DNA of 64,000 nucleotides, from IMG/VR virus record IMGVR_UViG_3300032242_001644, positions 1-64,000 of that record; one strand, 5' to 3'. The notes beneath the pieces were generated by a model, which saw only the letters and a program-made list of their open reading frames with translations, made no database searches and was not told the origin of the DNA. Shown one piece after another: positions 56,474 through 64,000 of this stretch; positions within the stretch are counted from its first letter, which is position 1; the number at the start of each line of letters is the position of its first letter. The position numbers and the translations under genes were made by a program. The stretch is from a virus.

Positions 56474-57818
56474 TTTTTTATCCTTTGTTTAAACCAAGTC
56501 TTTCAGCTTCTGCAGCAACAGCCAAACTTTCTGGACTTCCTATGATTGCTTCTGGAGGATAAGTGTTTTCTCCCTTGTACCAAACACAGTTAGGTTTTTC
56601 ACTATCCGGAACACCAATTCGAGCACTCTTAGGAAACGGAGGTACGTAATCATGCCAAAATACCGTATCAGGAGTTCGGCCAGCAGCTAGTTCTCTAGTG
56701 ATTAGATCTCTTAATAGCTGTCGATATTCTACCCATTCGGTCTTTAACGGATCTGGGGTGTCGACGTTAAACATATTGTCTGATCCCTTTAACATGTTAT
56801 TTCTAGCGGATCTAACATCATCCCAGACCATTGGGGGTTTATAGACCATGTTAATACCATTAGTTTCCCAATTGTAGGTGCAGGCCGCGATATTAAGATC
56901 AAGCAGATCAGTATCATCTGTGTGGCTCACATCCGATGAATCAACAAATACTCTATAAAATAGTGACCCTGGCACTACTTCCACGAATTCTCTATAGGGT
57001 CCTAACACTTCTTCTCTGTTATGATCAGGAAGTTCAGTCTCTTTATAATTAGTTGATTCAATATGACCTGGATTTGGGCTATCGGCCTTCCAGACTATTC
57101 TATAAATTTTTTCAGTGCTCATTATTTTTCCTTATGTTACATCCAAATTCTAACCATGCCTGTAGCACCGTCACCGCCGCAGGAACATATGCCGCAACAG
57201 CAACTTGGCCAACCCGGAGTTCCGCCGCCACCGGGAAACATACCAGTGAACCCACAAATGCCGCCAAATTTTCCGGTGCCGCGTTCATCGACGTACTGAC
57301 TGCAAAAGTCATAACCGATGTGCATGTTTCTTCCGCCAAATGGTGAGCCACCGCCCCAGCCCCAACCGTGACACCACGGTTGACCAGCATCATTACCGAT
57401 AAGACGGCCGCCGTCATATCCTCTAAGATTCAAGTCACCACCTGTGCCAGGAAACCCACCGTTTGGTGTTACGCCACTTCTACAGGTTTCAGCACATCTA
57501 CTTTCTCCGCCGTAGCCGCCTTCTGCACAGAAGTTAGTTAGACCTGGGCCAGTTACATAGGTAGTAACACCTTTTTGTCCACAGCAACAGGCACTGCTGC
57601 TGCCTGGAATGCCGCCTTGGCCGCCAGCACCTACACAGATTGTATAGCTCGATCCTGCTGATACCGATGACAGGTATTTTTTTGCATATGCGCCACCACC
57701 GCCACCGGTGCCAAAGCCGCAGCACCAGCACCATGCTCCGCCGCCACCGCCGCCACCGCCGCCCCAGATTTCAATAAACATCTGAGTAACACCAGTAGGT
57801 ACAGTAAAGGCACAGCAA
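56244..57818. repeat. Perfect 30-bp direct repeat (56244-56273 and 57789-57818)
   Basis: ACACCAGTAGGTACAGTAAAGGCACAGCAA in both adhesin genes, encoding CCAFTVPTGV. Confidence 0.85.
56478..57122 (-). CDS. Tail fibre assembly chaperone-like protein (extended)
   Basis: WDDVRSARNNMLKGSD...W..YRQ.LRDL; paralogue of 55135..55407. Confidence 0.7.
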   Translation of the reverse strand: MSTEKIYRIVWKADSPNPGHIESTNYKETELPDHNREEVLGPYREFVEVVPGSLFYRVFVDSSDVSHTDDTDLLDLNIAACTYNWETNGINMVYKPPMVWDDVRSARNNMLKGSDNMFNVDTPDPLKTEWVEYRQLLRDLITRELAAGRTPDTVFWHDYVPPFPKSARIGVPDSEKPNCVWYKGENTYPPEAIIGSPESLAVAAEAERLGLNKG

Positions 57819-57991
57819 TAACCGCTGCCAAGGTTGCCAGTACTTTGATAGCCGTTAGAGCCGCCGGTCATTTGAAAAACACAGGTGCCTATATAAGCAC
57901 CTGGTGCCAGTGTACATGATCTAACAGAGCTATATGCGCCCGATGGAGTAGCATCATTAAAACTAACAACTTGAGTTGTATAACGTCCCAT
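57137..57991 (-). CDS. Cys/Gly-rich adhesin-like protein 2
   Basis: Same motifs; about 22 Cys in 284 aa. Confidence 0.75.
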   Translation of the reverse strand: MGRYTTQVVSFNDATPSGAYSSVRSCTLAPGAYIGTCVFQMTGGSNGYQSTGNLGSGYCCAFTVPTGVTQMFIEIWGGGGGGGGGAWCWCCGFGTGGGGGAYAKKYLSSVSAGSSYTICVGAGGQGGIPGSSSACCCGQKGVTTYVTGPGLTNFCAEGGYGGESRCAETCRSGVTPNGGFPGTGGDLNLRGYDGGRLIGNDAGQPWCHGWGWGGGSPFGGRNMHIGYDFCSQYVDERGTGKFGGICGFTGMFPGGGGTPGWPSCCCGICSCGGDGATGMVRIWM

Positions 57992-58000
57992 TTTTTTTCC

Positions 58001-58834
58001 TTAATACCAAATTCTTACAAGGCCGCTGGCGCCACAGCCGCCGCAGTTGCAAATTCCGCAACAACATGTCATCGGTGCTCCGCTACCACCACCGCCTGGA
58101 AAATCTCCGCCAATTCCGCCACAGTTGGCCATATATGGGCAACATGATATATGCGACATCATAGCACCAGTGCCGCCGTTTGCTGGTGCCGATCCACCTT
58201 TATTTTCAAATCTACATCCTTTTGGGTGCCCAAATAAATGCCCACCTTCGCCGCAGGCACAAACTGCATTATTTACATAAGTGGTGGAGTTAGGACAACC
58301 GTATGCGCAATTTGGCCAATTTGATCCATAACAGGAAGCATTACATGCATTGCACGGCCCGCTTAGTGCTCCGCAGCCGCCGGTTGCACATAAACTAGAT
58401 ATGCCAGGTCCAGTAACATAACTTGTACCACCGGTTGTACCGTTTGTACACTGTCCGCATCCCATAAGGCCGCCGCTGCCAGCACAAATTGCATAAACAC
58501 TTCCGCTAGTTGTGGGTATAGTTACTGCAACGTAGGCGCCACCTCCACCACCGGTGCCCGCAGTGCAACAACAACAATTGCCGTTGCCACCACCACCGCC
58601 ACCTGCTCCCCAGATTTCAATGAATATTGAACTTATGCCTGTTGGTACAGTCCAACTACAAGACCCAACAGCAGATGTAACATCTATAGTTCGTTTTGCC
58701 TGCGTTGGCGGTGCTGCTTGATTAATTGTTAAATTACAACTGATCGTTATTCCGTTGTTTTGACACATTTGACGATCAGGAACACTGACGCAAATACAAT
58801 CAATTCTATCTGGTAATGTTTGAAAACGTGCCAT
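58001..58834 (-). CDS. Cys/Gly-rich adhesin-like protein 3
   Basis: Same motifs, including CCCC; about 31 Cys in 277 aa. Confidence 0.75.
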   Translation of the reverse strand: MARFQTLPDRIDCICVSVPDRQMCQNNGITISCNLTINQAAPPTQAKRTIDVTSAVGSCSWTVPTGISSIFIEIWGAGGGGGGNGNCCCCTAGTGGGGGAYVAVTIPTTSGSVYAICAGSGGLMGCGQCTNGTTGGTSYVTGPGISSLCATGGCGALSGPCNACNASCYGSNWPNCAYGCPNSTTYVNNAVCACGEGGHLFGHPKGCRFENKGGSAPANGGTGAMMSHISCCPYMANCGGIGGDFPGGGGSGAPMTCCCGICNCGGCGASGLVRIWY

Positions 58835-58835
58835 A

Positions 58836-61800
58836 TTATACTAACTCCTGAATTCCAATTGCAACTATATTGACCTGTGCAACGTTACTGCTTGCATACA
58901 AGTACGTATTTGGTGGAATAAGGATTCCAGTTCTTTCAAGAATACCTAATGTTGCAATCAGTGCATCGTATTCTATAAAATCAGCATACAGGGGTAACGG
59001 TGTCATTGTTAAAATATTTGTTCCACTAGCATATCCAGTACCAATTGCTATCGGTCCTCCGTTAGGAGTAGCTGATAGTATAATTTGTGAGCTGTTAAGA
59101 ACAGCCTTGACATAGTAAGCAGGAATCATATAGAACAATTGATTGCTGGTACTTGTTAGAGTAATCGCTGCACCGCCTACTGTTAATGCCAGTGTAAATG
59201 TTGTACCGCTTGCAATACTCTGTATATAGTAGGTTTGAAATGCTACAACGTTACCAGTTGTGGCGCCAGTAAACACTACCGGTTGGCCAACAATTAAATT
59301 TGTGGTACTTGATGTAGTAACCACGTTTCCTGATGAAGCTGTTGTTGTGCATACATAAGGAAGTCCAATGGTATTTGCCATTGTGATAACACCGCCAAAC
59401 ACCGTACCAGCTGTATTAGTAAATATGACTGGTTGATTAGGTAAGAAATAATTAGTGCTGCTACCAGTAGCAAGTGTAATAATATTGCTGTTTACTACCA
59501 CTGTACCTGTTGATGTAGACAGCGGTGTAACGCTACCGCCCGATGTAGACGATATTGTAAACGTAAGTGGTGTTGGTACACTCTGCACATAGTAACCGGT
59601 ATACGGCGTTAAAGCAGTTCCTGTTGGATTTACCACCTGCATGGTAAATGTATTAGTGCCAGTTGCCCAAGTAATAGCTGCACCGCTAGGTGTTAAACTT
59701 AGCGTAAATGTGTTGGCTGTTGGAATACTCTGCATATAGTAAATTGTGCCTGCTGTAATACCGCTGATAAATGTATATCCAGTGAATACCACAGCTTGGT
59801 TAACTGCTAAGAATCCAGTGTTACCCGGAGTATATAGTGTTGTGCCGTTAATTGCTGTTACTGTAATAGTTGCGCCAACAAATGTTATTGGAGCATTAGC
59901 TGCAATAGGAGCATTCATGTTAGCCAATAGCCCGGCTGTACTACCATACGCCGACATGTAACCGTTTGCTGTGGCAGTAATTGATATACTTGTTCCGGCT
60001 AGTGCATTGTTAACTGTGGTAGCTAAGGTAAATGTTGTTACACTTGGTATTGTAGCCACATAGTATGTGGTGTAAGGCATTAGGCCGGTTCCGCCACTGA
60101 ATACCGAACCAGTGAATACCATTGACTGGCCCACTGACAAGTTAGCAGTTGATGGTTGAACATATACACCGCCATAAGAGTTGGTTAATATTGCAACTTG
60201 GCCACCCCATGCTTGTGCCACTGTAAATGTTGTTGCACTATTAATGGTCAATACATAATAAGTAACACCGTTGTTTAAACTACCAATTGCTGCACTGAAT
60301 ACAATTGGCATGCCAATTGACAGTGCGCTTGTACTTAAACATGTAATCAAGTTAGTACCAATTGCAGTACCTGTAACTAGTGTCAAGTTACCAACAGTTA
60401 ATACGTTACTACTTGTTGTAGTGGTAATAATTGGTAATACCTGTGATTGATACACGTTGTTGGCAGTGACGTTGGTTAACAATGGAACCATCATCATGGC
60501 AGCATTTGAACCACCGTTTGTACCAACGCTGATTGCAGCGCCACCTGGTGTAGCAGCTACACTGAATGAACCACTGACGCTATCACCAACCTGGGTTGTT
60601 ATGTAATAAACTGTACCAGATGTAATACCAGTTCCAAATACAGCATTACTGCTGTTAAGAATACCATAGAATACAACGGCTTGGTTAATCTGTAATTTAC
60701 TTGTAGATTGATATAGAGTAGCACTACCAGTAGCGGTAGTTAACGGCAATGCTGTACCGTTGGCAAATTGATATGCTGCTGTAACACCCAAACTTCCCGG
60801 AGGAGCTAACGATACAGATATACGACGCTCGTCGTAAACATTGGTTACATAGTAAACTCTGGCTGCAACGAGCGGGCCAATTGATGTACTCAATGAGAAT
60901 GGCATACCAACATACATGGCAAATGTACTGTTAACCACGGCCAGCATGTTGTTTCCGTTCATTGCCGCGGTAGCGGTCATTGTAAATGTTCTTGGAACTA
61001 GTGTAGAACCGGTTGTGTTGTCAATTACCCAAGATCTGTGTGGGCCAACTTGTACTGACATGTTACCAGTTGTTGCTGTCAATGTAACTGCTGTGGAGTT
61101 TTGATATGCTGTGATGGTAAATGTAGTGCTTGTTGGTACAGTTAAAATATAGTATGTAGTAGCAGCGGATGCATTGCCAAATACTGCACCGTTGAACACT
61201 ACTGGTTGATTGACCTGTAGGAATGTTGTGGCCTGTTGTACGTTGATACTACCTGTTGTGCTAGTCTGTACAAATGCTGTACCGTTAAATGTAGCACTGA
61301 TAGTAAATGTTGTACTTGTTGGGATAGTTAATATATAGTACACAGTACCAGATACTAAGTTTCCTAAACCACTACTAAACACCACTGGCATACCAATTGC
61401 CAGTGTTGATGTACTAGCACAAGTAACTGTATTACCGGTGGCGCTTGTTGCCGTTACGGCAATATTAGCTGTAGTATATGTATAAGGAGCACTGCCAGTA
61501 CTGGCTGTTACAAATAACGGAGGTACCGGCATCACACTAGACATTAACATAGATCCAGATGCAGCGGCTGTTAATCCAATTGGCAATATTCCCTGTCCAA
61601 GTTGACCACTTGCACCTGCTGCCTGTGTTGATCCGCCAATTAATGCTATGGTAAATGTGTTGTAACTAGGAGTACTTTGTATGTAATATGTTTGTCCAGC
61701 TGCCAGTGCTGCTGGGATACCAAACGTAGTTCCAGTAAACTGTACAGGTTGTCCTGTTGTTAAGTTTGCTGTAGATTGATAAACATTTAATGTAGTGATA

Positions 61801-64000
61801 CTGGTCACTAATGTAGTTGCAAGTATTGGGCCACCCAATGTAGCAGAAATATTAAATGTTACGCTGCTTAAAATAGCATTTACATAATAGGTTGTACCTG
61901 CAGTAATGCCACCGAGTGTATTGTCAAATACAACTGGCATGCCCACTGATAATGTTGTAGTAGAAGTACAGGTTAAAGGATAACTAGGGCTAGTTGCACT
62001 AGTTGCTGTTACTGCAATAGCTGCTGTTTGATAGGCCAGTGTTGTGATAACGTTGTTAGTTAGTGCAATACCAGTAATGGCTGTACCACCTGAGATTGAT
62101 AATACAGTTGGGCTTGCGCTACCTGGTTGGATAGGAGTTGCACTCAGTGTGAACAATACTAGACTTTCAATAGATCTAACATAGTAGGTAGTACCCATGG
62201 TAATACCAGTATATGTAGTTGCAGCCTGTGTTAACTGGAATTGCATTGCCTGGCTTAGATACAAGATAGACGTAGCCTGTTGCAAATTCATCGATCCAGT
62301 TGCTGTAGTCTGTATGAATACAGGGCCGCCGCGTGTTGCAGACACAGTGAATGTGGTTCCTGATGGAATCGATGCAACATAATAAACCACGTTTGCCTGC
62401 AAGCTGCCCATACTGCTGCTGAATACCACTGGCATACCCACCGCCAATGCATATGTGCTAGCAATGGTAATTAAGTTTGTTGTAACTGCTGTGGCTGTTA
62501 CAGCATATGTGTACATGGATAACTGGTTACTGCTGACGCTACCGCTGATCATTGGAATTGGTTTTGGACCAATACTGGCAACCATTGTACCGGTAGTACT
62601 GGTTAGTGCAAATGTAGAACCACCAAGTGTTGTTGAAATAGTAAACGATGTTGTTGTTGGAACTGATGCAACATAGTAGGTCGTACTAGTTACACCAGCT
62701 GTAACACCACCAAACGCACTGCCTGCAAATGTGATTGGCTGTCCAACTGACATGTTGTTAGTTGCTTGAGATACAGTCATTGACGTTGTACCAGATTGTA
62801 GAGCAAAAGGTGTACCACCGTAGGTTGCTGAAATCTGGAATGCAGTACCGCTGTCAATAGTTGCTACATAATACACTGTTCCAGCAACAATATTTTGTCC
62901 GCCCGTTGTAAACACAACTGGCTGACCCACTGATAATGTTGCTGTACTAGAACAGGTAATTTGATATGGTGCTACGCCACTTGTTGCACTAGTACTAATT
63001 GCAGAAGTAGTGTATGCGTTGGTAGTTGCTGACGACGAACCAATATTAATTGTTGGAACAATTAACAACATCGATCCAGTCATTGTACCAGTTGCCACTG
63101 TTGGTGCAAAGAATGCACCTCCAAATGTTGTTGAGATCTGGAATGATGTGTTAGAAACAATGTTCTGCACATAGTAAATCTGACCTGCTGTAATACCGCC
63201 AATTGTTGTTCCTGTGAACACAATTGGTTGATTAATCTGCAGTGCAGTAGTTGCATGATAGAAGTTTGCTGTTAAACCGCTGGTAGCTGTTAATGGATAT
63301 AAACTACCGTTAGGTGTAGTGGATATTGAGAACGTTGTACTGCTAGCAATGTTTAGTACATAATAAACTGTGTTGGCAACAATAGTTGAAAAACTAGTAT
63401 CAAAAACAATTGGTTGACCAGTGGCCAATGTAGTTGTGTTTGAAGTGATTAATCCAGTAGTTGCTGTGGCAGTTACTGCTACGGCCGCTGTTGTCAATGC
63501 TGTAACACTAGTTGAAGCAATAGTCAACGGTACTGGAACTTGCGTTGTAGTTGTTACCATTGTACCACTAGATGTAACCAACGTTACTACTGAGCCGCCT
63601 GGCTGTGTTGCCACTGTAAATGTTGTCGTACTTGGAATGGTAGAAACATAGTAAGGAATGTTAGTAGCTACGTTACCAAATGTTGTACCAGTAAACATAA
63701 TTGGCTGGTTCAACTGTAAATGAGTTGTAGCCTGTTGCATGGTCACTGCACTAGCACTGGTACTTAGAGTAAATGCGGGGCCGTTTAATGTTGCACTAAT
63801 GTTAAAAGTTGTAGTGCTGTAGACGTTTAAAACATAGTAAACTGTACCAGATACAATAGTTCCTACTGCGCCACTGAATACAACTGGCATTCCAGTTGTT
63901 AGTGTGTTTGTACCACCGGCTGCTGTGGTAAGATAACCGTTAGCACTGGTTGTTGATGCTGTTGCACCAGTTATAGATATCGATTGTGTTGTAAAAACGT
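58836..64000 (-). CDS. Giant Thr/Ser-rich repeat fibre protein, 5' end outside the window
   Basis: Frame open to base 64000; 20 repeats of L..GQP.VF...G....YY[VIM]......F..S.T..G; C-terminal IEYD...G.LERTGI domain. Confidence 0.8.
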   Translation of the reverse strand, partial: VFTTQSISITGATASTTSANGYLTTAAGGTNTLTTGMPVVFSGAVGTIVSGTVYYVLNVYSTTTFNISATLNGPAFTLSTSASAVTMQQATTHLQLNQPIMFTGTTFGNVATNIPYYVSTIPSTTTFTVATQPGGSVVTLVTSSGTMVTTTTQVPVPLTIASTSVTALTTAAVAVTATATTGLITSNTTTLATGQPIVFDTSFSTIVANTVYYVLNIASSTTFSISTTPNGSLYPLTATSGLTANFYHATTALQINQPIVFTGTTIGGITAGQIYYVQNIVSNTSFQISTTFGGAFFAPTVATGTMTGSMLLIVPTINIGSSSATTNAYTTSAISTSATSGVAPYQITCSSTATLSVGQPVVFTTGGQNIVAGTVYYVATIDSGTAFQISATYGGTPFALQSGTTSMTVSQATNNMSVGQPITFAGSAFGGVTAGVTSTTYYVASVPTTTSFTISTTLGGSTFALTSTTGTMVASIGPKPIPMISGSVSSNQLSMYTYAVTATAVTTNLITIASTYALAVGMPVVFSSSMGSLQANVVYYVASIPSGTTFTVSATRGGPVFIQTTATGSMNLQQATSILYLSQAMQFQLTQAATTYTGITMGTTYYVRSIESLVLFTLSATPIQPGSASPTVLSISGGTAITGIALTNNVITTLAYQTAAIAVTATSATSPSYPLTCTSTTTLSVGMPVVFDNTLGGITAGTTYYVNAILSSVTFNISATLGGPILATTLVTSITTLNVYQSTANLTTGQPVQFTGTTFGIPAALAAGQTYYIQSTPSYNTFTIALIGGSTQAAGASGQLGQGILPIGLTAAASGSMLMSSVMPVPPLFVTASTGSAPYTYTTANIAVTATSATGNTVTCASTSTLAIGMPVVFSSGLGNLVSGTVYYILTIPTSTTFTISATFNGTAFVQTSTTGSINVQQATTFLQVNQPVVFNGAVFGNASAATTYYILTVPTSTTFTITAYQNSTAVTLTATTGNMSVQVGPHRSWVIDNTTGSTLVPRTFTMTATAAMNGNNMLAVVNSTFAMYVGMPFSLSTSIGPLVAARVYYVTNVYDERRISVSLAPPGSLGVTAAYQFANGTALPLTTATGSATLYQSTSKLQINQAVVFYGILNSSNAVFGTGITSGTVYYITTQVGDSVSGSFSVAATPGGAAISVGTNGGSNAAMMMVPLLTNVTANNVYQSQVLPIITTTTSSNVLTVGNLTLVTGTAIGTNLITCLSTSALSIGMPIVFSAAIGSLNNGVTYYVLTINSATTFTVAQAWGGQVAILTNSYGGVYVQPSTANLSVGQSMVFTGSVFSGGTGLMPYTTYYVATIPSVTTFTLATTVNNALAGTSISITATANGYMSAYGSTAGLLANMNAPIAANAPITFVGATITVTAINGTTLYTPGNTGFLAVNQAVVFTGYTFISGITAGTIYYMQSIPTANTFTLSLTPSGAAITWATGTNTFTMQVVNPTGTALTPYTGYYVQSVPTPLTFTISSTSGGSVTPLSTSTGTVVVNSNIITLATGSSTNYFLPNQPVIFTNTAGTVFGGVITMANTIGLPYVCTTTASSGNVVTTSSTTNLIVGQPVVFTGATTGNVVAFQTYYIQSIASGTTFTLALTVGGAAITLTSTSNQLFYMIPAYYVKAVLNSSQIILSATPNGGPIAIGTGYASGTNILTMTPLPLYADFIEYDALIATLGILERTGILIPPNTYLYASSNVAQVNIVAIGIQELV

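Noticed and set aside
45602-58834. Diversity-generating retroelement acting on adhesins
   Set aside because: No reverse transcriptase in the window and no ~100-bp repeat pair differing only at adenines; the single exact repeat is 30 bp.
2788-63651. Many 60-200 aa antisense or alternate-frame ORFs in the track (e.g. 31841..32461, 42734..43186, 44541..45128)
   Set aside because: They are shadows of Thr/Ser/Gly-rich or codon-biased genes, with no SD, promoter or recognisable motifs.
58836-64000. CRISPR-like or DNA-level tandem array
   Set aside because: The repeats are degenerate at DNA level and conserved only as protein motifs.
1-64000. Stop-codon reassignment
   Set aside because: Core genes are full length in the standard code, and TAA, TAG and TGA all end tightly packed genes.

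Overview
A 64-kb segment of a large, AT-rich T4-like myophage genome in the standard genetic code, mostly on the minus strand. Left to right: (1) small genes and a Pol-beta-type nucleotidyltransferase; (2) a replication block with gp41 helicase, an N-domain-only carbamoyltransferase, gp61 primase, a 193-aa miniature DnaE-like polymerase and UvsW; (3) an eight-gene glycosylation island; (4) uvsY, uvsX and gp32; (5) head and packaging genes (large terminase, gp4); (6) tail tube, a 1104-aa sheath, dNMP kinase, gp13, gp14, a GIY-YIG homing endonuclease and gp15; (7) about 25 kb of fibre/adhesin genes surrounding a tailoring-enzyme operon (GT9-like glycosyltransferase, full-length carbamoyltransferase, 2OG-Fe(II) oxygenase, SGNH protein) and a convergent degenerate GmhB-like gene. 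Best candidates for undescribed biology: three Cys/Gly-rich adhesins directly upstream of the tailoring operon; the palm-only DnaE; a homing endonuclease that seems to have taken over the gp15 start codon; a start-less +1-frame ORF overlapping a secreted Ala/Pro/Lys-rich gene; nested repeat domains in two giant fibres; and widespread leaderless or bidirectional TAAATA promoters. No tRNA, rRNA, CRISPR array or reverse transcriptase was seen. All family calls are by-eye motif recognition; no database search was run.
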